A DNA stretch of 64,000 nt from Candidatus Bathyarchaeota archaeon (GTDB taxonomy: Archaea; Thermoproteota; Bathyarchaeia; TCS64). The position numbers were made by a program, and so were the translations under genes. Shown piece after piece: positions 9,823 to 20,165 of the stretch; positions within the stretch are counted from its first letter, which is position 1, and every line of letters begins with the position of its first letter. Under the pieces are notes generated by a model that worked only from the letters and a program-made list of their open reading frames with translations, made no database searches and was not told where the DNA came from. The DNA lies in contig CAVYVF010000002.1 in NCBI GenBank assembly GCA_963771885.1, forward strand, positions 320,001 to 384,000, in the 5' to 3' direction.

Positions 9823-12800
9823 ATGACCTTCCAACCCATAGACAGCAAAGTCGACGTCGCCGCACTCGAACGAGAGGTGCAGAAGCTCTGGAAAGACACC
9901 GACGCATTCGAAAAGCGCCGCAGACTCAACGAGGGCAAGCCCAAGTGGAGCTTCATCGACGGACCAATAACCGCAAACAACCCAATGGGAGTACACCACG
10001 CCTGGGGACGCACATACAAGGACCTCTGGCAACGCTACTGGGCCATGCGCGGACGCGACATCAGGTACCAGAACGGATTCGACTGCCAGGGACTATGGGT
10101 AGAAGTCGAAGTCGAGAAAGATCTCGGCTTCCAGACCAAGCGCGACATAGAAGCATACGGTATCGCCGAGTTTGTCGTCAAATGCAAGCAGAGGGTCCTC
10201 AACTACTCCGCCCGCCAGACCGAGCAGAGCATACGCCTCGGCTACTGGTGCGACTGGAACAATCCCGACGAGCTTAGAAAGCTCGCCGAGGCGATGAACA
10301 ACCCACTTCAGCAGACGACCTACATCGGCTCACACGGACCCATCACAGGCACCGCCGAGTACCTCGTCGGACAGCTCGGCATGCCCCAGGTCGGTGGAAG
10401 CTACTACACACTCAGCGACGAGAACAACTACATGATCTGGACCGCCCTCAAGAGCTGCCACGACCGCAGCTGGATATACAGGGGACAAGACTCCATGCCC
10501 TGGTGCCCCCGATGCAGCACAGGCATCAGCCAACACGAGATAGTCACCGAGGGCTACAAGGAGATCACGCACACAACCGTCTTCGTCAAGTTCCCCCTAA
10601 GGGACAGAGAAGGCGCGCTCCTCATCTGGACGACGACCCCCTGGACGCTCACGAGCAACGTCGCTGTCGCCGCCCACCCCGACCTCACCTACGTGAAAGT
10701 CAAGCACGGCGAGGAGATACTCTACCTAAGCAAAGGTACACTCGCCACCGTCTTCACCCAGAAAGGAAGCTATACCATCCTCGAGGAGCTCAAGGGCAGG
10801 GACCTCCTCGGATGGAAATACACGGGACCCTACGACGACCTCGATGTCCCCAAAAAGATGGGCGTACCCGAAGCGCACCGCGTCATCATGTGGGACGCAG
10901 TCGGCGAGACCGAGGGAACCGGACTCGTACACATCGCCCCCGGAGCAGGCAAGGAGGACTTCGAGCTCGGCAAACTCAACAAGCTCCCCGCCCCCGCGCC
11001 TCTCGACGAGTACGGGGTCATCACCACCGGCTTCGGCTGGCTCACTGGCACACACGTCTACAACTCCGCCGAGCCAATATTCGACGACCTCAAGCAACGC
11101 GGCTTCCTCCTACGAACCCAGAAGATCACCCACCGCTACCCCGTCTGCTGGCGATGCGGCTCGGAACTCGTCTTCCGCCTCGTAAACGAGTGGTTCATCA
11201 ACATGGGCGAGAAGCTCGACAAACCCTACGAACAAGTAACAGACGAAGAGAAGAACAAGAGCCTACGCTACCAGATAATGGACAGCGCAAGCGACGTCCA
11301 CTGGGTCCCCGAGTTCGGCATGAAGCGCGAACTCGACTGGCTCCAGAACATGGACGACTGGATGATATCCAAAAAGCGCTACTGGGGACTCGCACTACCC
11401 ATCTGGCAGTGCAGCTGCGGATGGTTCACCGTCATAGGCAACAAAGAGGAGCTAAAGAGTAAAGCGATCGCCGGATGGGACGAGTTCGAAGGACACAGCC
11501 CACATCGCCCATACATAGACGCCGTAAAGATCAAGTGCGAAAAGTGCGGCAGGAGTCGCCAGCAGGGTCCCCGAGGTAGGTAACCCATGGCTCGACGCCG
11601 GAATAGTCGGCTACAGCACACTCCGCTACCGCAGCGACCGCACTTACTGGGAGAAGTGGTTCCCCGCCGACTTCATCACAGAGTCCTTCCCCGGCCAGTT
11701 CCGCAACTGGTTCTACGCGATGCTCGCCGAGAGCACAATCCTTGAGCGCAGAACACCCTACAAGGTCTGCCTCGGACACGGCTCGGTTCTCGCCGAGGAC
11801 GGTCGAGAGATGCACAAGAGCTGGGGCAACGCCATCTGGTTCGACGATGCCGCCGAGACGATGGGCGCCGACATTATGCGCTGGATATACTGCAACGCAA
11901 AGCCCGAGAACGACGTCCTATTCGGATACACAAAGGCAAACGAGGTAAAGCGCATGTACTTCATGACACTCCTCAACGTCTACAACTTCTTCACAATCTA
12001 CGCCAACCTCGACAAGTGGACGCCCTAAGCAGCAGCCCAAGTCCTACACGCAGCTCGACAAATGGGTCCTATCGAGACTAAATGCACTAATAAAGAGCAT
12101 CACAGCCTCACTGGAGAATTATGATGCCTCCACTCCTACACAGGAACTGGAAAAGTTCGTCGACGCTCTCTCCAAGTGGTACGTCCGCAGAAGTAGACGC
12201 AGGTTCTGGAAGACCGAGTCGGACGACGACAAGAAGGCAGCATACGCAACACTCTACGAGTGCCTGAGGACGGTCATACTCCTCATGGCGCCGATGACCC
12301 CCCACGTCGCGGAGGCGATGTACCAGCGCCTCGTACGCCCCGTGGAGAAAAGCGCACCCGAAAGCGTACACCACAACGACTGGCCCACCGCCGATGAGTC
12401 AGCCATCGACGAGGGACTCATGGCGGAGATGGACCTCGCCATGAACGCGAGCAGCCTAGGAAGGGCGGCACGTGCCAAGAGCCAGATAAAGCTCCGCCAG
12501 CCACTAAGCGAAGCCATCGCCGTCACAGGCAAAGACCAGCTAGCCATACTGAGCAAGGTCGCTCCCCTCATCAGGGAGGAACTAAACGTCAAGGAGGTCA
12601 AGGTCACGAGCGAGCGCGACATACTGCAGAGCCACGTCGCCAAGCCCGTGCCCCGCATCCTAGGCAAGAAACACGGCAAGAACTTCACAGCCGTCGCAGA
12701 CGCGATAAGGGCGATGACTCCAGAGCAGACAGAGATGCTCGCAAACGGCAAACCCATAACCCTCAAGGCGAACGGTGCAGACGTCGAGGTGCTCCCAGAG

Positions 12801-13158
12801 GAGGTCGAGCTCGAGTCCAAGCCAATCGAGGGCTACTCCATAGTCGAGGAAGGTGGTCTCCTCATAGGCGTCAACACCGCCATCAGATGAGGCGCTTAGC
12901 AGCGAAGGACTCGCCAGAGACATCGTCCGCCGCATACAGGCACTCCGCAAGGACGCCAATTTCGACATAAACGACCACATAGAGACCTACTACAGTGGCG
13001 ACCCCGAGATAGCCGAGGTCTTCCAGGAGGAGGCCGACTACATCAAGGCGGAGACCCTCACAGACCTCCTCCAGGAAGGCGCAGCCCCCGAAGGCGCGAG
13101 GATAGGCGAGTACGAGATCGGAGGACTTCAGCTCATCCTCGCCCTACGCAGGAAGTAA
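9823..13158 (+). CDS. ileS: Isoleucyl-tRNA synthetase (IleRS2 type); +1 indels near 11551, 12025, 12886
   Basis: DGPITANNPMGVHH, GFDCQGL, WTTTPWTL, GTGLVHIAP, DWMISKKRYWG, PWLDAG, EMHKSWGN, WYVRRSRRRFW, EGLARDIVRRIQ. Confidence 0.95.
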
Positions 13159-13368
13159 CTACTGAATCCTACGTCTGCCAACAAACCCAGAAAAACCCCA
13201 ACAATCCAAAAGAACCCATAAAAAACAAGAAACGATGGCGATGGCGGGAGAAAATCGGAAAAACACGCATACATGCCTCCGATACTACGGACCATTCAGA
13301 TACTCGCTAAAACCCCCGTTTATAGTCAACTTTATCAACTCCCCCATTCGCTTACTCCGTGATTCAAC

Positions 13369-13671
13369 ATGCCCGGCAAGAAAAGCCTGAAGAAGATGGA
13401 GAAGACGCAGGACACCGAGGCTCCAAAAGAGGAGAAGAAGAAGGAAAAGATCGTCGGAAGCGTCGACGCCATCCACGCAAACAGCCCAGAACTCATGGAC
13501 GCGATGAAGAAGATGAAAGCCATCACGCCCACGGGAGTCGCAAGCCAGTTCAATCTCAAGGTCAGCGTCGCTAAAAAGATACTAGCAGAGCTCGACGCAA
13601 AGGGCACGATAAAACTCGTGGCGCATACGAACAACCTCAGGGTCTACTCCCTGCCACCTAAGAACAACTAG
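13369..13671 (+). CDS. rps25e: 30S ribosomal protein eS25
   Basis: Basic N-terminus plus ITPTGVASQFNLKVSVAKKILAEL winged helix. Confidence 0.88.
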   Translation: MPGKKSLKKMEKTQDTEAPKEEKKKEKIVGSVDAIHANSPELMDAMKKMKAITPTGVASQFNLKVSVAKKILAELDAKGTIKLVAHTNNLRVYSLPPKNN

Positions 13672-14042
13672 GCGGACACGATTATTATCCGGGAACCGCT
13701 CTTCAGATTTCTTAAAATTTCTAGGTTACCCGTCACTTTTCCTATCCTGTTGACGGGACCAAAGGTCTTCGTAGCCTCGGGGTAGATGCAAAGGCTCATA
13801 GCGCGAGGCCAGAACGCTATCGTCCCGGCCTCGACCTGCGTCACTGGCTTTTCGGCGCCCCTCTTCAGCCCGAGGATAATCTGGATGCACCCATGAGCCG
13901 GCAATGTCCGCCCATTTATCGGGAGAATCTTAAGGATGTCCCCAACAGTCAACGGGGCAGTTAATCTATTCAACTCGCCGGGTGCCTCCCCTACATCAGC
14001 AATCTTGATCCTGATCGGTATCCTCGCCTGACTCTCACCCAT
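13668..14042 (-). CDS. Cyclophilin-like fold protein (TM1367/DUF369-like)
   Basis: APLTV..ILKILP, VEAGTIAFWP..SLCIY, PVNRIGKV. Confidence 0.75.
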   Translation of the reverse strand: MGESQARIPIRIKIADVGEAPGELNRLTAPLTVGDILKILPINGRTLPAHGCIQIILGLKRGAEKPVTQVEAGTIAFWPRAMSLCIYPEATKTFGPVNRIGKVTGNLEILRNLKSGSRIIIVSA

Positions 14043-14916
14043 GGACTAAACTCACCGCGTGCTTCACAATCTCCTCTGCTACCTTGACGTTAGCGGCGAG
14101 CTTGAGCGCCTGCCAGCCGGGTGAGGCATTTACCTCTAATATAATTGGACCATCGGGTGACTCTATAACGTCGACACCCGAGTAATCGAGCCCCATAGCC
14201 TCAGTCGCCCTAAGCCCGAGCTCGAGTATATTTTCGGGCACGTCCTCGTCCACCATCGTCCCGCCTTGGGCGACATTCGTCTTCCACTTCCCAGCCGCTC
14301 TGTACTTATAGGCGGAGCCGACGACCTCGCCGCCTATAACGAAGACGCGTATGTCCCTGCCCGGATTCTGAACATACTTTTGCAAAATGAGTGGCTGACT
14401 GAACCTGTCAAGCATCTTGTAGGCATTGTAGGCGAGGTCGGGGTCAGTGAACTTCATCGCCCCCTTGCCCATGCTGCTGAGGATTGGCTTGTAGATGAAC
14501 TCACCGTACCTCTCAGAAGCATCATATGCGTCAGCCATGCTCTCCGTTGTGTAGGTGGTAGGTATGGGCAACTCCGCTGCCTCAAGTGTGTACTGGGTCG
14601 CATATTTGTCCCTAGCCCGCCTGAAGGCGTAACAGGGATTCACTACGCGTATCCCAGCGACCTCCATATGCTCGATGAGGCTAATACGTCTCGTCAGCTG
14701 CTCGCAGGAGCCAGGCCCGAAGCTCCTCAAGAGGCAGAGATCGAAGTCTGTGATCTCTACATCCCCGAGCCAGAACCTCGACCCGGAAGGCGAGACTTCG
14801 CTGGATATCTCCGCAGCCTCGCCGCCGAGCGCCTCGTAACCATGCCCCTTTGCTGCTTCAAGCAACTCCGCGCTATTTCGGCTCGGCGTCGAGCCGTAGA
14901 GTACGAGAACCTTCAT
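14035..14916 (-). CDS. RimK-family ATP-grasp alpha-L-glutamate ligase (MptN/CofF-like)
   Basis: RARDK, KPILSSMGKG, DIRVFVIGG, WKTNVAQGG, GVDVIE, LEVNASPGW. Confidence 0.85.
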   Translation of the reverse strand: MKVLVLYGSTPSRNSAELLEAAKGHGYEALGGEAAEISSEVSPSGSRFWLGDVEITDFDLCLLRSFGPGSCEQLTRRISLIEHMEVAGIRVVNPCYAFRRARDKYATQYTLEAAELPIPTTYTTESMADAYDASERYGEFIYKPILSSMGKGAMKFTDPDLAYNAYKMLDRFSQPLILQKYVQNPGRDIRVFVIGGEVVGSAYKYRAAGKWKTNVAQGGTMVDEDVPENILELGLRATEAMGLDYSGVDVIESPDGPIILEVNASPGWQALKLAANVKVAEEIVKHAVSLVHG

Positions 14917-14965
14917 GGTGCCCGAGTTATGAGCGAGCCAACCGGTAGATAAGCACTGCAGCGGG

Positions 14966-15721
14966 CTAGATGAAGAGGTCCATGCCTCGGGGTCTTACGA
15001 GTTCGGTCGCCTTTGATGTCTCTGATTTCTCGTACTTGTACCCTCGAATAATCGCGGCGGGGACGCCCTCGTCAGCTTGCCCAATCACGAGCTCCGCCGC
15101 AGCCGCCAGTTCGTCTGCGACTGCGGTCCGCTTAATGTGAAGCTCGTATCCGAAGAGGTCCTTCTCGCCGCGTCTGTCCCTGATAACGCTAATCCCTGAG
15201 GCACCAACGGCGACGTTCACCTCACCGTCCCTGTGGGCACGCCCGTGCGTGTCGCATACGATGACCGCCACATCGATACCCGCTAAATCCCTTATCCTCG
15301 CCCTTATCCTACTGGCTGAGGTGTCCGGGTCAAGAGGTAACGGTGCGACGATGTCCTCACCGGGCACATTTGACTTGTCGACACCCGAGTTCGCGCAGAC
15401 GAAGCCCTGACGCGTCTCGGTGACTAGCACACCAGGTCCCATTCTCCTGACTGCCCTCGCCTCTCTAAGCACGACCTCGACAAGTCTCGGATCCTTCCCC
15501 GTGTAGGCAGCGAAGTTCTCCGCCGGAACGGAGGGCTTGACGCTTTTCAGGTCGATGATCCTGCCTTCCGCCCGCGAGACTATGACATGGCAAACGACTA
15601 GAACATCACCATTAGTCACCGACATCCCCTGTTTTGATAAGGCATTGATAAGTAGCTCAGCGAGGTCGTCTCCCTCACTAATTATCGGGAGTCCCTCGAC
15701 GGGGTGGATAGTTATTGTCAT
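14966..15721 (-). CDS. cofE: Coenzyme F420:gamma-L-glutamate ligase
   Basis: GLPIISEGDDL, IVSRAEGR, CANSGVDKSN, DTHGR, DLFGYEL, ADELAAAAELVIGQ, DLF. Confidence 0.92.
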   Translation of the reverse strand: MTITIHPVEGLPIISEGDDLAELLINALSKQGMSVTNGDVLVVCHVIVSRAEGRIIDLKSVKPSVPAENFAAYTGKDPRLVEVVLREARAVRRMGPGVLVTETRQGFVCANSGVDKSNVPGEDIVAPLPLDPDTSASRIRARIRDLAGIDVAVIVCDTHGRAHRDGEVNVAVGASGISVIRDRRGEKDLFGYELHIKRTAVADELAAAAELVIGQADEGVPAAIIRGYKYEKSETSKATELVRPRGMDLFI

Positions 15722-15789
15722 GATGTATGGGATGGTTGTGCTACGCCCTATAAATCCCTCTTCATAATCTTTTTATTGAACTCCCCATC

Positions 15790-15824
15790 ACTAGGTAGAA
15801 ACCAACTAGGTAGAGGTCAACCTA
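15790..15824 (+). promoter_or_regulatory. Candidate operator of the PadR operon
   Basis: ACTAGGTAGA at 15790-15799 and 15805-15814; TAGGT-N8-ACCTA palindrome at 15807-15824, just after a T-rich TATA-like tract. Confidence 0.5.
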
Positions 15825-16365
15825 ATGCCCCTGAAGAGCGCTATGCAGATGCACCCTCGAATGAGTCCCCTACAGATAATGCTCCTCATCCAACTCGAGG
15901 CCTCTCCCAAGTACGGCTACGAAATGCTAAAGTCGATAAAGCAGGCATTCGACGGCATCTGGGAGCCCAGAACGGGCACCATTTACCCCGCTCTAAAGAG
16001 CCTGGAGAGGAGGAGCCCTCGTGGAGACTTTGGTACGCGACGGCGTAGACTTCTACCACATAACCCCTGCGGGGCGGAAACTCCTCATGGACATCGGCTC
16101 ACAGCAGGCCCTTAACATGAGGTTTAGCAACAAGTTCATCGAGATACTCGTCGACTGGATGTCGCCCGACCTTAAGAAGAATATAATAACAAACATTTCC
16201 GCTGTCGCTGGGGACGATATGAATCTTATGGGGGGTGTCATTCACTTCTTCGACGACGTGGAACCCGAACTCAAACTCAAGTTCCTTAAGACCATACGCG
16301 GGAACCTCGCGAAGAGGCTCGACGAGATAGACAACATGATAGACGAATCGGAGGGGAAGCAGTGA
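15825..16365 (+). CDS. PadR-family transcriptional regulator; indel near 16015
   Basis: PKYGYEML, WEPRTGTIYPALKSLERR then LVET...FYHITPAGR in next frame. Confidence 0.85.
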
Positions 16366-17054
16366 CCACCTACGCTATAGAGACACAGAACCTAGTCAAA
16401 GAGTACTTGCAGGGAAGTCAAACCCTAAGAGTACTGAACAACGTTAACCTCAAGATCGAGCAAGGCGAATTCATGGCGATAATGGGCCCCTCAGGGAGCG
16501 GCAAGTCGACACTCCTCAACATGATCGGCGCCCTAGACCGCCCCACGTCGGGCAAGGTCCTTATAAAAGGAACCGACATAGGCACGCTCGACGATAACCA
16601 GCTCGCCGACCTCCGGAACAAGGAGATCGGCTTCATCTTCCAGCAGTTTAATCTCATCTCCCGGATGGACGCCCTCCACAACGTCCAGCTCCCCCTCTCA
16701 ATAAGCGGTGTACCTGTGAAGAAAAGGGAGCAGAGGGCGACCGAGCTGCTGAAATCGATGGGGTTGGGCGAGAGGGTCGACCACAGGCCCAGCCAACTCA
16801 GCGGGGGTGAGCAGCAGCGCGTAGCCATCGCTAGAGCGCTTGCTAACGACCCGCCGCTTTTCCTCTGCGACGAGCTAACAGGCAATCTTGACTCAAAGAC
16901 GGGACAGGAGATAATGACCCTCCTACGGCACCTAAACCAGGAGCAGGGCAAGACCTTCGTCTTGATTACACACGATCCAAACGTGGCACAAGCCACGGAT
17001 AGACTCCTCATGATTCGTGACGGGGAGATAGCTGGAGAGAAACGGTTCAAGTGA
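16362..17054 (+). CDS. ABC transporter ATPase (LolD/MacB type)
   Basis: GPSGSGKST, LSGGEQQRVAIARAL, CDELTGNLD, ITHD. Confidence 0.93.
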   Translation: MTTYAIETQNLVKEYLQGSQTLRVLNNVNLKIEQGEFMAIMGPSGSGKSTLLNMIGALDRPTSGKVLIKGTDIGTLDDNQLADLRNKEIGFIFQQFNLISRMDALHNVQLPLSISGVPVKKREQRATELLKSMGLGERVDHRPSQLSGGEQQRVAIARALANDPPLFLCDELTGNLDSKTGQEIMTLLRHLNQEQGKTFVLITHDPNVAQATDRLLMIRDGEIAGEKRFK

Positions 17055-18580
17055 TTGATATGAACGGAAAGAAGAGCACACTGATGGTTTTACTGATCAC
17101 CTGCATGATGGCAGGCCAGATCATTTCAATATACGCAGCGGACTATAGGCCTCACCTACAGGTAACGACCGCCAACGTGACATTCCCCGCGGGCAGCAGG
17201 GGAAGCATGACCATAACGCTCCGTAACGACGGTAACTTCGACGCTACCGAGGTGGAGGCTATACTGACCTCAACTACGCCGGGCGTCACGCCGCTTGCCG
17301 GCGCACAAAAAGTGGTAAACTTGGTCGGAACGGGCACCTCTGTAAGCTACACCGTTGACGTTTTCATTGACCAGGCAGTCGCTACAGGAGCCTACGTCCT
17401 CACGCTCTCGCTCAACTACCTACGGGGCGGAGTCGGTGTCGTCACGGTCACCGTCCCCGTCTCCATCATTGTTGACGCGCCGTCGCTCCCGTCCCTGAGG
17501 ATCACCCCCTCCAGCAACAAGATCACCCCTGGCGTGGTCAATACAGTGCACCTGACGGTCGAGAACATCTCTCCCGCGAACGTGACTAGCATTAATGTCG
17601 CGCTCAGCTCAGCTTCCCCATTAATATCTCTCAGTGAGACTATCAATTATAACATCTCTAAGCTCACTAAAGGCGGCTCTATGAGTTTCGACGTCTCCCT
17701 CATTGTCCTTGAGAACACACCCATAGGTGCCTATGCCCTGACAGCTCAGGTTTGGTATGTGAACTCTTACGGGGTAACCGCGAAGCAGACGATCAGCATC
17801 CCACTCGAAGTTAGCGCCGTCGCGGTTACAAGGATACCAGTCGTAGTTGTGCAGAACATGGTTCCCGGCATTGTACTCCCTGGTGAGACGTTCACGATTA
17901 ATCTCAGAGTCTCCTGCTCGGGCGCGCCAATCTACAACGCTAGGGCTGTGCTCGGTCAGGACGTCACCGGGTTAATCTCCCCCATCTCCCAGACCACTGT
18001 GTCGTTGGGTGACCTCGGCGTCGACGGTAGCAGCACGGTTTCCTATACGATGATCCTCAGCGGTTCAGCCATATCGGCGGATATCCCACTCGTTGTTAGT
18101 ATCAGGTACCTAGACTCCAAGGGCATCACGGGGACCGCGACGGAGACTATCACGATTCCGATCGAGAACCTCGTCGACTTCAGACTCATGGAGGATATCG
18201 TCGTTTCGGCGGAGAAGGGTAAGACGACGACCCTTGAGGGAGACCTGCTGCTCGTTGGCACGGGTAAGGTCGAGTTCGCGTCGATATCCATCGTCTCGGG
18301 AGGTCCGGTGCAGCGTGTAACGGGTAGCACTGAGTACATAGGTGCAATCGACCCAGATAGCCCCGTACCCTTCACGATCAGATTCGAGACAGACGCCGAT
18401 GCACAACTGGGCGACTCCGAACTCCTGTTGAGGATCACATACCTTAACAGCAGAAACGTGCAGGAGAACCGGACTATCTCCGTTCCACTCCAGATCGTTG
18501 CTCCCTCCACTACGGTTACGCCCCCTAGCGACGACGGTGGACTGTGGGGCTGGCTGCGGCGCCTCTTCGGACTGCAGTAG
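17051..18580 (+). CDS. Secreted multi-Ig-like protein (COG1361 S-layer-domain-like)
   Basis: N-terminal signal-like hydrophobic stretch, repeated beta-rich domains (G.Y.L.L...Y), YIGAIDPD, C-terminal amphipathic GLWGWLRRLFG. Confidence 0.7.
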   Translation: MIDMNGKKSTLMVLLITCMMAGQIISIYAADYRPHLQVTTANVTFPAGSRGSMTITLRNDGNFDATEVEAILTSTTPGVTPLAGAQKVVNLVGTGTSVSYTVDVFIDQAVATGAYVLTLSLNYLRGGVGVVTVTVPVSIIVDAPSLPSLRITPSSNKITPGVVNTVHLTVENISPANVTSINVALSSASPLISLSETINYNISKLTKGGSMSFDVSLIVLENTPIGAYALTAQVWYVNSYGVTAKQTISIPLEVSAVAVTRIPVVVVQNMVPGIVLPGETFTINLRVSCSGAPIYNARAVLGQDVTGLISPISQTTVSLGDLGVDGSSTVSYTMILSGSAISADIPLVVSIRYLDSKGITGTATETITIPIENLVDFRLMEDIVVSAEKGKTTTLEGDLLLVGTGKVEFASISIVSGGPVQRVTGSTEYIGAIDPDSPVPFTIRFETDADAQLGDSELLLRITYLNSRNVQENRTISVPLQIVAPSTTVTPPSDDGGLWGWLRRLFGLQ

Positions 18581-19780
18581 GTGAAGCTGTTGAAGCCCAG
18601 TGACATTATTGGCTCGGCATGGGAGAGTGTCCGATCGAGAAAGTTTAGGTTCGCCCTGAACCTGATCGGCATCTTGATCGGGTGCGCCGCGGTCACGGGG
18701 CTCGTCTCAATCACACAGGGGCTGAGCGACAGCGTGGGCGGCCAACTGCAGGTATTCGGGCCACAGAATGTCATGGTCGTCCCCGGCGGGATGTCTGCCA
18801 CCTCTTTCGGAAGTAGCGCGTTGACCTATAAGGATCTAACAACGATAAAGAACGTGCCCCACGTGGCGGCGGCGACGCCTATCATCTCGAACAAGGTCGT
18901 ATCATATACTATCAAGGGAAAGACATACCGAGGTTCAACATATGGGCTGACTGAGGAGTTCCAGCAGCTAAACACGAGCTTCGATGTCGCCGAGGGAAGG
19001 GCGTTTTCACGCAGCGACAACGGAGTCGTAATCATAGGCGCTAACATCGCCTGGCCCCAGGACGAAGAAACTCCGATTCTCGAGGTCGGAGACAGGATAA
19101 CACTCCACACACGAGTCGGGGACGTAGAGAAGACGCTGACGGTGCGTGTCCTCGGCGTTTTGACAAAGCAGGGCTCAACTTTCGGAGTGAACCTTGACGA
19201 CGCGATCGCTTTACCGCTTAGGGACGCGCAGCAGTTTTTCGAGACGGGGAACGAGTTCTCTTTCATCATGGCGCAGGCGGATTCGATCGTTAACGTCGCG
19301 GCGGCCGCAGCGGGCATAAAAGCGAAGCTCGGCAAGGGTTATAGTGCCGTGACCTACGAGTCGGCGAAGGCCACTATGGACCAGGTCCTCGGCTCGATCC
19401 AAGCCGTCCTCGGTGGCATCGCCGCTATAAGCCTCGTCGTCGCCGGTATCGGCATCATAAACACAATGACCATCAGCGTCATGGAGCGCACACGCGAGAT
19501 AGGCGTCCTCAAGGCGATCGGCTCGAAGAGCAGGGATGTCATGCTGATGTTCATCACTGAGGCTGTACTCACGGGGATAATGGGAGGGATTCTTGGCGTG
19601 CTGCTCGGATTCTCTCTTAGTGGTGTGATCGGTTCATTCATAGGCATCTCGTCGGTCCCGTCCCTCGTGAACGGGCTGCTCGTCGTAGGATTCGCCGTAG
19701 TGACGACGACGCTATCCGGGTTGTATCCTGCTTGGAGGGCGTCCAACCTCAACCCCGTTGAGGCTCTCAGAAGCGAGTAA
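18581..19780 (+). CDS. ABC transporter permease (FtsX/MacB type)
   Basis: GIGIINTMTISVMERTREIGVLKAIG, YPAWRASNLNPVEALRSE. Confidence 0.93.
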   Translation: MKLLKPSDIIGSAWESVRSRKFRFALNLIGILIGCAAVTGLVSITQGLSDSVGGQLQVFGPQNVMVVPGGMSATSFGSSALTYKDLTTIKNVPHVAAATPIISNKVVSYTIKGKTYRGSTYGLTEEFQQLNTSFDVAEGRAFSRSDNGVVIIGANIAWPQDEETPILEVGDRITLHTRVGDVEKTLTVRVLGVLTKQGSTFGVNLDDAIALPLRDAQQFFETGNEFSFIMAQADSIVNVAAAAAGIKAKLGKGYSAVTYESAKATMDQVLGSIQAVLGGIAAISLVVAGIGIINTMTISVMERTREIGVLKAIGSKSRDVMLMFITEAVLTGIMGGILGVLLGFSLSGVIGSFIGISSVPSLVNGLLVVGFAVVTTTLSGLYPAWRASNLNPVEALRSE

Positions 19781-19781
19781 G

Positions 19782-19874
19782 TGGTGCGGCCGCCGGGATT
19801 TGGACCCGGGTCACCAACTCTCCCTGATATGAATCGTGGGGGGCTGGTATCTTACCAGGCTGGACTACGGCCGC
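19782..19874 (-). tRNA. tRNA-Gly(CCC) with 17-nt intron at 37/38 (19820-19836), encoded CCA
   Basis: GCGGCCG/CGGCCGC acceptor stem, CCAGC/GTTGG anticodon stem, CCGGG/CCCGG T-stem, ACCA end. Confidence 0.88.
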
Positions 19875-20047
19875 GCAAAGCTACCGGAGTGGATAACCAC
19901 CGCGATCTAATAAGTATGTCGAGGATAGCCGCCTCTTGCTCGTGGGTGCAAATTTTAACTAAAAGAGCATTTACATTGAACAATTAATACAAAACCAAAA
20001 ACAGTTATATACGCTGTTTACCGTATTGGCTAAACGCTTAGGGCCAT

Positions 20048-20140
20048 GGGCCTGTAGCTCAGCAAGGAAGAGCGTCGGCCTTTTAAGACCTCGTGGTCGA
20101 AGAGAGCCGTTGGTCAGGGGTTCAAATCCCCTCAGGCCCG
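20048..20140 (+). tRNA. tRNA-Lys(UUU) with 19-nt intron at 37/38 (20086-20104)
   Basis: GGGCCTG/CAGGCCC acceptor stem, CT-TTT-A loop, canonical BHB (CTTT/GAAG helix, GACC/GGTC helix), TTCAAAT T-loop. Confidence 0.93.
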
Positions 20141-20165
20141 CTCCGCCTGCTTGGGGATGATGTGA

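Noticed and set aside
10503..11462. 319-aa alternative-frame ORF inside ileS
   Set aside because: Arg/Pro/Gln-rich off-frame product typical of codon bias
11540..12895. Programmed frameshifting or a split ileS
   Set aside because: No shared slippery motif; the same +1 pattern affects many unrelated genes, so assembly error is more parsimonious
19781..19987. 68-aa ORF after the permease
   Set aside because: It is the antisense of tRNA-Gly
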